Part shown: positions 51,527-64,000 of the stretch, piece after piece
Position numbering within the stretch: position 1 is the first letter of the stretch
Layout of the letters: every line of letters starts with the position of its first letter
DNA from: Lingula anatina
Lineage: Eukaryota > Animalia > Brachiopoda
Assembly: GCA_051362555.1 (NCBI GenBank)
Contig: CM120644.1
Location: 5,030,954 to 5,094,953 of the forward strand
Direction of reading: 5' to 3'
DNA: 64,000 nt
The notes under the pieces: generated by a model
Database searches by the model: none
What the model saw: the letters and a program-made list of their open reading frames with translations, nothing else
What the model was told of the DNA's origin: nothing
Made by a program: the position numbers and the translations under genes

Positions 51527-52298
51527 AAGCGCGACTTCGTACATGTATACCTGCGACATTGCTATTCGGATGAAAACAACATATGGAGATTCAACCTTGT
51601 CCTCTAATGAGGCAGGAGAAAATCTAGGTCTCAGGTTTATAAGGCCGGGTAATGCCAATTAAATTTGCCTGAGTTAACGGCATTGGATGCTTACGGTAGG
51701 CCTACACTTACTGCAGGTAAGGCCTCCTAGCACTTATTTTTTTCAACTCTCGCCGCTATGAATATCCACATCCCGGGGTAACTGTGCAGGGGCGGATTTA
51801 GGCCGTCTTGTAGGTCTTCCGGAAGACGGTCAGATTTTCAAGTTTAAATTGATGGCTATCTATTTTTTTCTGGAAAATGGAGGATGGATCCAAAAATGGA
51901 GGATGGATCAATAAAGATAATTCGGAAGCCTGTAAGAAAATAACGTGTCGTCTGCCCCATTCTGAACCATATGTCATTCGCAAATAAAGTTATTTGGCAT
52001 CGGTTCACGTAACACTATATGTAGGCCTCTACATTGTGATATATTTTACTCTTTTTTATTCCTGCTTAATATGCAGTATTGCTAGCACTTACGCGGGTCA
52101 TTGGAAAACACCACACGTAAGCCTACCTGTGTAGTCGCGAGCAGGCCACGACCATTTCTAACAGTGTCTGGGCGTTACTGCCTTACCTGCGTAGCAAGTA
52201 AAGCCGCAAACCGAGGCAGCAGTCAAATGTCCAGTAAATGTATGTAGTCGGAATAGTTTTTATAACTGTCGACCTAGTGTCTAGAGAGAATCACAGCG

Positions 52299-52337
<39 letters not shown>

Positions 52338-53566
52338 CCCCATTCTCCCCCCATGCTTACCCATGCCTAAACGTCTGATATCTTGCAACATAAAGCGAAA
52401 CCAAACCTAGTTGATCTCCTGTATTTGGAGACAGGAATTATCTGTACGCTGACGCCGACAAAATCACAACAACCACAATAACACAATAATGAAACTCTCA
52501 ACAAACAAGACTCCGCGTACTCGAAAACTTCATTACTCTCTCTCTCGCTGTCCTTCCTACATCATGTTCAATCCCTGTTTAGGGAAACTGTAAGCGTTTG
52601 CCAAAAACTCCTTATTCACTGCCTCACATATATTCTTTTGGATAATAAATAAATCTTCAGTGTTCAGTGAATCAATAAATTAACATTTACACACGTCTTC
52701 TAACGGGTAACGTCATAAGTGCGTTTTTTGGGTAAAAATGGAAAAAATCTGTTTCTCAAATTTCTCCTTCACCTGAGCACCCTGTTTAACTTGAATTTAA
52801 TGACATCGTTTATTAATCCAAAATCCTATCAGCGATATATCTTGAAAGCCTTAGCTCAGAATTTTATTGTTGAGAAAGCAAAATAATGCCTTTGTTTAAA
52901 GGGGCTCATAACTCCATAACAAATACATTTAAATCAATATGACGGTACTGGATTGTAGCCTATACACTTCAGGTCAACTATGCCAATTTTTACGTGCAAG
53001 GATGAAATTACACCCTATACCCATTGCTATCTCACCTTTAAATAGAAAGGTGTTAAATTGACGATAAAATGTTTGAGTTGCCTATGGCTATGCTTATATA
53101 CATAGCAATGAGAAATTTACACGCAGATATTTTATATTTTCGAGGGTATTTCTATTGTTTTAAATAAGCACAAAGGTAGATGCATTATTGAATAAATAGA
53201 TGGAGATAAAAAACCTCATTTTCGGTATTGGTGACCTTTTGTATAATCATAGCAGTTTTTAAAATGTTTAAGTTCAATGGATTATTGTGGGGTATAAGAA
53301 AACGAATGTTTTGCAACTTGTCTCGCACGAAGAAATGATTTGCAGCTTTAAGTTATCTAACGGCAACATTGAATTTGCAGCGAACCATTGTGATGAGATA
53401 CGGGTAGGCCTATTTGTGACTCATTACATTTATGCACTGTTCGAAATTAACATAAAATGAATGATCGTTGGTTTTGTGCACCATTTTCATACAAAAAGAT
53501 TCATGAAATTATGTCCTTCAGCGTATTATTTTCAACGGCAGCTGGATATGATCCCCATTACATGTA

Positions 53567-53840
53567 CAGGTGCTCTTTTGCCCAACTCCCACTATATATA
53601 AGTGTCCCATTACATGTGCTCTCTTGCTCAACTCCCACTATATTTAAGTGCCCCATTACAAGTGCTCTCTTGCTCAACTCCCAATATATTTAGGTGCCCC
53701 ATTACAGGTGCTCTCTTGCTAAACTCCCACTATATATAAGTGTCCCATTACATGTGCTCTCTTGCTAAACCCCCATTATATATATTTGCCCCATTACAAG
53801 TGCTCTCTTGCTCAATTCCAACTATCTATAAGTGTCCCAG
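53567..53840. repeat. 46-bp minisatellite (~6 units) downstream of methyltransferase copy 1
   Basis: Unit acaggtgctctcttgctcaactcccactatatttaagtgccccatt; ~4 units at 60077-60258 in copy 2. Confidence 0.85.
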
Positions 53841-53990
53841 TCTAAACATAAGTTGTGCTCAGCGTTGCTTTGAATACGCTTCAATTTGCAGTGGTGATGA
53901 CAGGCAGAAGTAAAATAAACATAATAATTTTGCCGAAAATTGTCCACGCAGCCCATGGGGAGAAATGAATAATTTCTAGGTGCACCGCCA

Positions 53991-54845
53991 TCATAACCCG
54001 GTCTTCTTCGTTGCCACGGCAATGATGCAGCCGCTGTAGTCGGACTCGCGCTCCAGCACATTGTCTGGGCGCCTGATCCTGTGCCACGACTCCACCTCCA
54101 GTCCGGCCTCCGTCAGCGCTTCTCTGAATCTATTCTCTTGCAGCGACAGCACAGACCAGTTCACATCTCCGACCCGGTAAAATGATTCCTCCACACTGGC
54201 AACCTGAATGAAGTGCCCTCCCTCTTTCAGCATCGATACCACGTTTTTCAGAGCTTGTAGATAGTCTTTTTCATTCGTGCACGCAACTTCCAAGCAAAAG
54301 CTGCTGGTTATGGCATCGAAAGGGACCGTGGTGACGTAGTTAAGGGGGTGATTGTTTCGAACGTCACAGTGGTAAATAGCTTTTACTTTGCCTCGCATTT
54401 CATCTTGCAGCACCTCCCAGTGGGCGCCTTTCCCTCCTAACTGTGCCACGTACCGAAAGAATGGCTTCCAACTCCAGTTGCCGATTTTTTCCTTCTTCCA
54501 CCATTTTTCAAGAACCTCGCGGTTGTGTGCGGAGAAATCAGACAGGTATATTTCCTCAAAGTATTTCGAGATACTGATCAGGTTGAAAATCGAAGGTCCA
54601 GTGCCCACGTCAAGAAGTCTCTGACCTTTGATCTTCCCCACACTATAGAGGGAGTGGTAGTAGTCCAAGGCCCCGGTAATCTCTGAGGCTGTGGGTCCAC
54701 CTGTCACAAAGTCGCTATAAAGGGTATTCAGGTATGCATTAGGCTCGAACAGACCGTCGTAATCCTCTCCGGAGTATAATTTCTTCTTAGACCCGCCATT
54801 GTCTGTTGTCTCTTCTTCTATTAATGTCCCCGTGTGTCCTGCCAT
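53991..54845 (-). CDS. NNMT: NNMT/INMT/PNMT-family SAM-dependent methyltransferase, copy 1 (284 aa, single coding exon)
   Basis: First ATG at 54845 (MAGHTG); motifs FEPNAYLNTLY, LLDVGTGPSI, LSDFSAHNREVLEKW, HCDV, SSFCLEVAC, LKEGGHFI, EESFYRVG. The family is clear; the subfamily and substrate are not. Confidence 0.92.
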   Translation of the reverse strand: MAGHTGTLIEEETTDNGGSKKKLYSGEDYDGLFEPNAYLNTLYSDFVTGGPTASEITGALDYYHSLYSVGKIKGQRLLDVGTGPSIFNLISISKYFEEIYLSDFSAHNREVLEKWWKKEKIGNWSWKPFFRYVAQLGGKGAHWEVLQDEMRGKVKAIYHCDVRNNHPLNYVTTVPFDAITSSFCLEVACTNEKDYLQALKNVVSMLKEGGHFIQVASVEESFYRVGDVNWSVLSLQENRFREALTEAGLEVESWHRIRRPDNVLERESDYSGCIIAVATKKTGL

Positions 54846-57800
54846 CAGGAATGATGTCTTAAATCTAAGCACACAAGTGTCTTGTAGTGTTTGGTATAAC
54901 AAAAAAAAGCTTTAATCTGAGACAGTTGAGCGTTGTCTCTATATCATCAAAAATTCATTTGGATGCTGGATTGTATTAACCAATCCTTTAAAGAGAAAAT
55001 GCAACACACAAATGCTATATTTTTTGTTCAAATTTCAAGATGAATTTGGATAAGTCTAGTGCACCTATTCCTGCCCTCTACCAGGACTGCCGATTAATTT
55101 TCTGCACTTTATTTACAGCTGAGGTTTGTGTCATGAATAAGAGAAATATCTGAGAACATCTCGTGAAAAATCAACCTTTGACCCTGGTAGAGGGTACCTT
55201 TATCCCAATGTGGCAGAGGGTACCTTTATCCCAATGTGGCAGAGGGTACATTTACTCCATTGTGACAGAGGGCACATTTGCCCCAATGTGGCAGAGGGTA
55301 CCTTTACTTACCTCACAGTCTGGGGGGGGGGGGGGGGGGGGGGGGGAGGGATCTCTCTTCTGAACATCACCATGTTATGGGATAAATACGCAGAGGTAGC
55401 ATTACAAATACCTGTCCAATTGAATGGCTTCTATTTCGTAAGCCCGGTGTAATGGGAGGTTAGAGGACCGATTTAAGCGTCAAAACGGGAATTTGGATTT
55501 ACGGTTTGATTGTGCGTATGCCATGCACGGAATTAACAAACGAGCGACGGGATGATGTAGCCTGCGGCATTTGCGGTAAGCGTGCCAAGTTTTAGGCCGC
55601 TTCGATGCCCGGCAATATTTTATTTCGATTATTATATTTAAATTTGTGGAATCTTGTTTCACAAGATTACTCTATTTTATTGTCTCTATGGAGGTATATG
55701 GGGACTTTACGACATTCGGCTTGAAGGCTTTAACCACTTGTTATAGTTTATTTGTGCATTGTTTTGGATTAATGTGGCAGTCTAAGGTTGTTCTAGGTGG
55801 TTTTCAAGTTTATGCACCCGTTTTTAAAATCATTTAGTGATATTACGACAATCGTTTACTATCCAATCAAGGTGACACCCGAGCGTGCTTTAGAGTAATC
55901 GGTGCACGTCTGTTGGGCAACCCCTTATTCATAACTATGTTTATTTGTCACGTTAGTTCATATCTTATTTCTTATTTTGCACATGGTAATGCGGTGAACT
56001 ACACAACACCATGTCCCTACTAAAATACAGGATACAAAATAGTGATCCCAGTAGAATGTAGTACGCCGAATAATGCTTGTGTGCGTTCAAGGTTAATGTT
56101 GCGAGAGGGTGGCAGCGCATTATTAGACATGAATACCAATTAAGGGAAAGAACTTGCGTTTCACCGAAAAACACACCTAAAACAAAATATAGCACTGTCA
56201 CATAACATGGTAATGTAGACAGCTAACGCTACACTCGATGTGTTATGTGAACTTAATTCTGCTTGTTTGCAAGACAGTTCCTCCCGACTTACTTCTATCT
56301 ACAAACAAAGAAGGATCTCGAGGTCGTGCTGAACCCATCACTTTCAAGCATTTATTTAATATTCTTCGCATTTGATCAGTAATCCTTTGATTACAAACAT
56401 ATGTTAAAATTAAACCTATGGCTTGTTATTTTATGAAGTATTATGACTATATGACAGTACTTGTACCTGTACGCCCGGGCCAGTTGTGCCTCTGCTTTCA
56501 GTCACCACGTGTAATAGACTTTACATGTAACAACCTGGTAACATATCTTCTAGTAACCGTGTAGAAGACTTTAAATATAACAACTTGATAATACATCTTG
56601 AGGTAAACGCTTGATTCATGTGGAAAGGGGGTGGGACCACAAACATATAAAATAGAAGAACCCATTTTTTAATTGTCACCATAGAACATATACAGCTACA
56701 TGTACAAAGGGACCAACTTTTTTTTAAATCTGACTTGATAATAGCAGGACGACTGACGGGGTCAAGCAAGCAGCAAGCGTTTGTTTTGATAAATATGCAT
56801 GCTTTTTAGATTAATCACTGCCCGCCTATTTATAGCCGGAATTCCATTAAGTATATTCAAATGTATTTCCACATGCTTCACAACGAGGAATGATAACCGT
56901 GACTGCAATATGGAACAGCGTCTATAACCAGCACGTATTATAATGTAATGTTTTTTAAATAGGATAAATCACCTTTCTGTGTCTACATAATTACCGATGG
57001 TTTATTTGACTGGGGTCAGGCGAACAGGATGCAAATTTTAAGTATTGGGTTAACCATTTAGTAAAAGAACTAGTCACGGAGAGATGTTGATGGGGAAACC
57101 CCTTGCCCTCTCCCCCTCCCAGCGTGGGGTAGGTGGGTAAGACCCCTTATCCCCCCTCCCCCGGCACCTGCACCCATGATAATAGGTAGGCATCCATTAC
57201 CTCACTCCACGTGCGGTTGTATGTGACAGAGTGGAGAAGTGATGTGCCCTGATTTTCCAATTTGTTCTGCCGGGGTTGAAATATTTATCTCTGATAATTG
57301 TGTTTAATTATTAATGGCGGTTTCCACGGCAATACCCGGATCCTTTTGTCAATTCGTTCATATAAAGAACTTTATATGAAGAATATGGGCTTCTATGCAA
57401 CCCTCATGCACTACCTTAATTCAGGGCAAATAGTACAAATCATTTTCTAATGGTACTAATATTGTTATGGCATTTAAATACTATTGCAACATTTTCAATA
57501 ACGCCGAAATTATGACTGTCGAGGTAGCAGCGCCCCATTGGCAATGTTTCAATGATTTTGTTGGCTTTGCCTGATAGACGGTTTGTGTGGCTATATTGAT
57601 GTATTCAAAATGTTTTTCGCAAAAATGTTATGCTGCGGGGGAAAAAACTTAACTCACCTCCTGTGGGGAGTGTGGGTGCGGGGGTCCCACACGTGCGTGT
57701 GCTCGTGCTTGCAAACTGTGTCAGTATGTAACATGGCACATAAAGACTAATTTTAGTTTATGATGTGGAAGACCGCTTTGATTTAATTTCGAAACACACC

Positions 57801-58439
57801 CTTACCCCCCACTTCTCTGAAAATTGTTCTTTTAGAGCGTTTTGTAGCACAAATCAACCGGCAGACTACTGGTAGTTGGCACGAGTGAGGCGCTTGCAGC
57901 TTGAACCTTTTTTTTTCAATTTTAGTTTTGGGGATATTTTAGCATAATAACAGGACCATGGTTTATTATACAGGAGCAGCTATCTTGTGGCGGGCACACC
58001 ATGTGCTCATGAAAATTCCCATTGCTGTACACATGTATTTCTTTTGCTATTTTCTCTCTATCATCCAAATATCATTTTCTCGTTATTTGTTATTAAATAT
58101 TTTTCCTTACATAAAGAGGGATTTTCATTCTAGTGGCTTGGTTCCATATCGTTCGCAGATTAAGTTATTTGGCATCTGTTCACGTATCTGTTTGATAGGT
58201 TTTACTCTTTTTATTCCAGTTATGCAGTAATGTTAGCACTTACGCGGGTCATTGGAAAGCGCCACACACACCTGGGTAGTCGCAAGCAGGTCACGAGAGT
58301 TTCTAACAGTGTCTGGGCGTTATAGAGGCCTTACCTGCGTAGCAAGTAGGCAACGATTAAATTTAATGTCATGAGATGTGGTCGGGTTCGGAGTAGTTTC
58401 TCAAGACTGTCGACCGAGTGTCTGGAGAGAGTCACAGCG

Positions 58440-58477
<38 letters not shown>

Positions 58478-60421
58478 TAACTCCATCCTTACCCCATGCT
58501 TACCCATGTCTGAACGTATGATATCTTGCAACGTAAAGCGAAACCGAACCTGGTTGTTCTTCTGCATTTGGAGACAGGATCGAATTGTCTACGCGCTGAC
58601 GACGACAAAATCACAACAACCACAATATCACAATCAATATATCTCTTAAAATACAAGACTAAGCGTATACCAAATCTTCATTCCTCTCCCTCACAGTACT
58701 AACCTTCCTACAAATGGCACAACAAGGGCACTACATCATGTTCAATCCCTGTTTAAGGATACTGTAATTGGTTTGCCAAAAACTCCATATTTACTGCCTC
58801 ACATTCATTCCTTTGGATAACAAATATATCTCCAGTGTTCAGTGAATAATAAATTTTAATTTTATACACGTCATTTAACGGATGACGTCAAAAGTGCGAA
58901 AAGTGGAAAAATTGCTTTGTTAAATTTCACATTTGAACGCCAATTTTATGACACCGATTAGTACTCTTAATTCCTGTCAGCTATTTAAAAAAAAGATAAA
59001 TGAATAAAATAAACTTAGTTCAGATTTTTATGGGTGGTACAGCAAAGTAATGCTTTTGTTTAAAGAAAACCTGTAATTAATGGCTCATAAATCCATTAAA
59101 AAATTAAAAGCAAAATAACGGCACGGGACTGTGGCCTATACACTTCTTGTCAACTATGCAAATTTTCATGTGCAGGATGAAATTACACCCTACACCGATT
59201 GCTGTTTCACCTCAAAATGGGAAGGTGTTAAAGTGGCGATTAAATATTTGACCATGAGCTATGCTTATACATAGCAATGAGAAATATAAATGTCAATATT
59301 TTATATTTTCAAGGGTATTTTTATTTTTTATATCAGCACAGAGGTAGATGCTTTATTGAATTAAAAGATGAAGGAATAAACTTTTCTTTGTGGATGATAA
59401 TAAGCCCTAACAGTACCCTGAACTTATATAGTTAAAAATCATCACCACCATAAAAGTTACTGATATGAATTATATGTAATGTGTGCATTTCACTGCACTA
59501 AAAAAGAAACAAACTTTTACCACAGTTGCAGCTTTTAAACTGCAAAATATACAATATATACATATAATATACATCAAAATATACGAACGGAAGGAGAAAA
59601 CATGTAAACTTCTTTGTTCAACATCTGATGACACAAAGACCACCCCACCCCCTTTCAATTTTTTTAAATATTACACTTTTTCATCTTTTTCAGCTCTTAC
59701 AGGCTGTATCTTCTCTTAAAAATTAACAAATACCTTGTTATTCCGACTTGGTGATCATAGCAGTTTAAAATATCTTAGCTCGTATCTAAACTTATTATAG
59801 GGTATAAGATAACGAATTTTTTGCAACTTGTTTCGCACGAAGAAATGGTTTGCAGCTTTCAGTTATTTAACGGCAACATTGAATTTTGCAGTGAACCATT
59901 GTGATAAGATACGGGTAGGCCTATTTGTGACTCATTACATTTATGCACTGTTCGTAATGAACATAAAATAATTGATCGTGGGTTTTGTGCACCATTTTCA
60001 TACAAAAAGATTCATGAAATTATGTCCTTCAGCGTATTATTTTCAACGGCAACTGGATATGATCCCCATAACATGTACAGGTGTTCTCTTGCCCAACTCC
60101 CACTATATTTAAGTGCCCCGTTACAGGTGCTCTCTTGCTCAACTCCCACTATATTTAAGTGCCCAATTACAGGTGCTCTCTTGCTCAACTCCCACTATAT
60201 CTAAGTGCCCCATTACAGGAGCTCTCTTGCTCAACTCCCAATATATTAAAGTGCCCCGGTCTAAACATAAAGTTGTGCTCAGCGTTGCTTTGAATACCCT
60301 TCAACTGGCAGTGGTGATGACAGGTTGCAGTAAAAAAAAAAAAAAAAAAAACATAATTTTTTGCCGAAAATTGTCCACGCAGCCCATGGGGAGAAATGAA
60401 TGATTTCTAAGTGCACCGCCA

Positions 60422-61282
60422 TCATAACCCGGTCTTCTTCGTCGCCACGGCAATGATGCAGCCGCTGTAGTCGGACTCACGCTCCAGCACATTGTTTGGG
60501 CGCCTGATCCTGTGCCACGACTCCACCTCCAGTCCGGCCTCCGTCATCGCTTCTCTGAATCTGGTCTCTTGCAGCGACAGCACAGACCAGTTCACATCTC
60601 CGACCCGGTAAAACGATTCCTCCACACTGGCCACCTGAATGAAGTGCCCTCCCTCTTTCAGCATCGATACCACGTTTTTCAGAGCTTGTTGATAGTCTTT
60701 TTCATTCGTGCACGCAACTTCCAAGCAGAAGCTGCTGGTTATGGCATCGAAAGGGGCCATGGTGACGTAGTTAAGGGGGTGATTATTTCGAACGTCACAG
60801 TGGTATATAGCTCTTACTTTTCCTCGCAGTTCATCTTGCAGCACCTCCCAGTTGGCGCCTTGCCCTCCAATCTGTGCCACGTACCGAAAGAATGGCTCCC
60901 AACTCCAGTCGCCGATTTTTTCCTTCTTCCACCATTTTTCAAGAACCTCGCGGTTGTGTGCGGAGAAATCAGACAGGTATATTTCCTCAAAGTATTTCGA
61001 GATACTTATAAGGTTGAAAATTGAAGGTCCAGTGCCCACGTCAAGAAGTCTCCGTCCTTTGATCTTTCCCTGGCTATAGATGTCGTGGTAGTAGTCCAAG
61101 GTCCCGGTTATCTCTGAGGCTGAAGGTCCACCTGTCACAAAGTCGCTATAAATGGTATTCAGGTATGCATTAGGCTGGAACAGGCCACCGTAGTCTTCTG
61201 CGGAGTATAATTTCTTCTTAGACCCGCTTTTGCCATTGCCTGTTGTCTCTTCTTCCAATAATGTCCCCGTGTGTCCTGCCAT
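60422..61282 (-). CDS. NNMT: NNMT/INMT/PNMT-family methyltransferase, copy 2 (286 aa, single coding exon)
   Basis: ATG at 61282; same motifs as copy 1; intact ORF with a 2-codon insertion near the N-terminus. Confidence 0.92.
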   Translation of the reverse strand: MAGHTGTLLEEETTGNGKSGSKKKLYSAEDYGGLFQPNAYLNTIYSDFVTGGPSASEITGTLDYYHDIYSQGKIKGRRLLDVGTGPSIFNLISISKYFEEIYLSDFSAHNREVLEKWWKKEKIGDWSWEPFFRYVAQIGGQGANWEVLQDELRGKVRAIYHCDVRNNHPLNYVTMAPFDAITSSFCLEVACTNEKDYQQALKNVVSMLKEGGHFIQVASVEESFYRVGDVNWSVLSLQETRFREAMTEAGLEVESWHRIRRPNNVLERESDYSGCIIAVATKKTGL

Positions 61283-61619
61283 CAGGATTGATGTCTTAAA
61301 TCTACGCACACAAGTGTCTTGTAGTGTTTAGTATAACAAAAAGCTTTAGTCTGAGACAGTTGAGCGTTGTCTCTTTATCATCAAACATTCATTTGGATGC
61401 TGGATTGTATTAACCAATCATTTAAAAAGAAAATGCAACACACAAATGCTCTATTTTTTGTTAAACTTTCAAGATCAATTTGGATAAGTCCAGAGCACCT
61501 ATTCCTACCCTCTAGATCTACCAGGACTGCCGATTAATTTTCTGCACTTTTATTTACAGCTGAAATTTGTGTCATGAATAAGAGAAATATCTGAGAACAT
61601 CTCGTGAAAAATTAACATT

Positions 61620-62400
61620 TGACCCTGGTAGAGGGTACCTTTACCCCCAATGTGGCAGAGGGTACATTTACTCCAATTGTGGCAGAGGTATCTTTACCCC
61701 ATTGTAGCAGAGGGTACCCTTACTCCAGTGTGGCAGAGGGTACCTTTTTCCCAGTGTGGCAGAGGGTATTTTACCCCAATGTGGCAGAGGGTACATTTAC
61801 CCCAATGTGGCAGAGGGTACATTTACCCCAATGTGGCAGAGGGTACATTTACCCCAATGTGGCAGAGGGTACATTTACCCCAATGTGGCAGAGGGTACAT
61901 TTACCCCAATGTGGCAGAGGGTACTTAACTCCAATGTGGCAGAGGGTACATTTACTTCATTGTGACAGAGGGTACATTTACCCCAATGTGGCAGAGGGTA
62001 CCTTTACCCCAATGTGGCAGAGGGTACATTTACTTCATTGTGACAGAGGGTACATTTACCCCAATGTGGCAGAGGGTACATTTACTTCATTGTGACAGAG
62101 GGTACATTTACCCCAATGTGGCAGAGGGTACCTTTACCCCAATGTGGCAGAGGGTACCTTTACCCCAATGTGGCAGAGGGTACTTTGACTCCAATGTGAC
62201 AGAGGGCACATTTGCCCCAATGTGGCAGATGGTACCTTTACCCCAATGTGGCAGAGGGTACCTTTACCCCAATGTGGCAGAGGGTACCTTTACCCCAATG
62301 TGGCAGAGGGTACCTTTACCCCAATGTGGCAGAGGGTACATTTACTCCAATGTGACAGAGGGCACATTTGCCCCAATGTGGCAGATGGTACCTTTACCTA
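61620..62400. repeat. 26-bp minisatellite (~30 units) upstream of methyltransferase copy 2
   Basis: Unit ccccaatgtggcagagggtacattta; only ~5 units at the paralogous site 55180-55310. Confidence 0.95.
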
Positions 62401-64000
62401 CCTCACAGTCTGCAGGGGGGAGGGATCTCTCTTCTGAACATCACCATGTTATGGGATAAATACGCATATTAGGCACAAACTTAGCTTTAGAGTAATCGGT
62501 GCACATGTCTGTTGGGCAACCCCTTATTCATAACTATGTTTATTTGTCACGTTAGTTCATATCTTATTTCTTATTTTGCACATGGTATGGCGGTGAACTA
62601 CACAACACCATGTCCCTACTAAAATACAGGATACAAAATAGTGATCCCAGTAGAATGTAATACGCCGAATAATGCTTGTGTGTTCAAGGTTAATGTGGCG
62701 AGAGGGTGGCAGCGCATTATTAGACATGAATATCAATTAAGGGAAAGAATTTGCGTTTCACCGAAAAACACACCTAAAACCAAATATAGCACTGTCACAT
62801 AACATGGTAATGTAGACAGCTAACGCTACACTCGATGTGTTATGTGAACTTACTTCTGCTTGTTTGCAAGACAGTTCCTTTTGACTAACTTCTATCCACA
62901 AACTAAGAAGGATCTCGAGGTCGTGCTGAACCCATCACTTTCAAGCATTTATTTAATATTCTTCGCATTTGATCAGTAATCCTTTGATTACAAACATATG
63001 TTAAAATTAAATCTATGGGTTGTTATTTTATGAAGTATTATTACTATATTACAGTACCTGTACCTGTACACCCGGACCAGTTGTGCCTCTGCTTTCAGTC
63101 ACCACGTGTAATAGACTTTACATGTAACAACCTGGTAACATATCTTCTAGTATCAGTGTAGAAGGCTTTACATATAACAACTTGATAATATATCTTGAGG
63201 TAAAGGCTTGATTCGTGTGGAAAGGGGGTGGGACCACAAACATATAAAATAGAAGAACCCATTTTTTACTTGTCACCATAGAGCATATACATCTACATGT
63301 ACAAAGGGCCCAACTTTTTGCAGTTTTTTATCTGACTTGATAATGACAGGACGACTGACAGGGTCAACCAAACAACAAGCGTTTATTTTGATAAAAAGCA
63401 TGCCTTTTAACTTACTCACTGTCCGCCTATTTATAGCCGGAATTCTATTAAGTATATTCAAATGTATTTTCACATATATGCTTCACAACAAAGCATGATA
63501 ACCGTGACTGCAATGTGGAACAGCGTCTATAAACAGCACGTATTATAATATAATGTTTCTAAATGGTATAAATCACCCTTCAATGTCTACATAATTACCC
63601 ATGGTTTATTTACCTGAGGTCAGGCGAACAGGATGCGCTTTTGTGGGGTCAACCATTCAGTAAAAGAAGTAGTTACGAGGGGATGTTGACGGGGAAATCC
63701 CCTTGCTCCCTCTCCCCACCGTGGGACAGGTGGGTGAGACCCCTTATCCCCCCCTCCTCCCCCGGCACCTGCACTCATGATAATAGCTAGTCATCCATTA
63801 CCTAACTCTGCCTGCGGTTCTTTGTGACAGAGTAGAGAAGTGATGTGTCTTGATTTTCCATTTTGATCTGCCGGGGTTGAAATATTCATCTCTGAACATT
63901 GTGTGTAATTATTAATGGCGGTTTCCAAGGCAATACCCGGATACTTGTCAATTCGTTAATATAAAGAACCTCATATGAAGAATATGTCCTACTATGCAAC

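Larger units (their letters stand above)
51960..64000. repeat. ~6.2-kb tandem segmental duplication (unit A ~51960-58135; unit B ~58136 to beyond window end)
   Basis: Colinear matches, e.g. aagttatttggcatc 51987/58162, gcacttacgcgggtcattggaaa ~52086/~58236, the two methyltransferase ORFs, 55890-57400/62485-64000. Unit-specific insertions at ~55395-55885 and ~59390-59740. Confidence 0.92.

Noticed and set aside
54846-54902. N-terminal extensions of the methyltransferase ORFs (also 61283-61309) and of the SMB ORFs (to 19258 and 27463)
   Set aside because: The ORF track used non-ATG starts; the first ATGs are at 54845, 61282, 19222 and 27409.
61619-62459. ORFs with MWQRVHLPQCGRGY repeats; CRISPR-like appearance
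   Set aside because: Translations of a 26-bp tandem minisatellite; no spacers, no cas genes, eukaryotic context.

Overview
AT-rich, intron-containing animal genomic DNA, probably a marine invertebrate deuterostome such as an echinoderm (inferred from the gene and repeat families). Left to right: (1) the last 11 coding exons and probable long 3' UTR of an AMPK gamma subunit gene (+), with a candidate unannotated 54-nt cassette exon in a TGCATG-rich intron; (2) a tandem family of three minus-strand genes encoding signal peptide + 15-aa Thr/Ser/Glu repeat stalk + somatomedin-B-like/Cys-rich ectodomain + hydrophobic GPI-type C-terminus, i.e. adhesion-GPCR-like ectodomains with no 7TM. Two copies are intact (about 743 and 844 aa); the third is a pseudogene with an internal deletion and a Mag-lineage Ty3/Gypsy insertion; (3) an 11-coding-exon lysosomal/prostatic-type histidine acid phosphatase gene (-); (4) a ~6.2 kb tandem duplication carrying two intronless NNMT/INMT/PNMT-family methyltransferase ORFs (-) with minisatellites. 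Many non-autonomous DNA elements are present: Harbinger-type with CTG target duplications, Ginger-like, Helentron-like, hAT-like and a large foldback. Exon boundaries were read by eye and lack transcript support.
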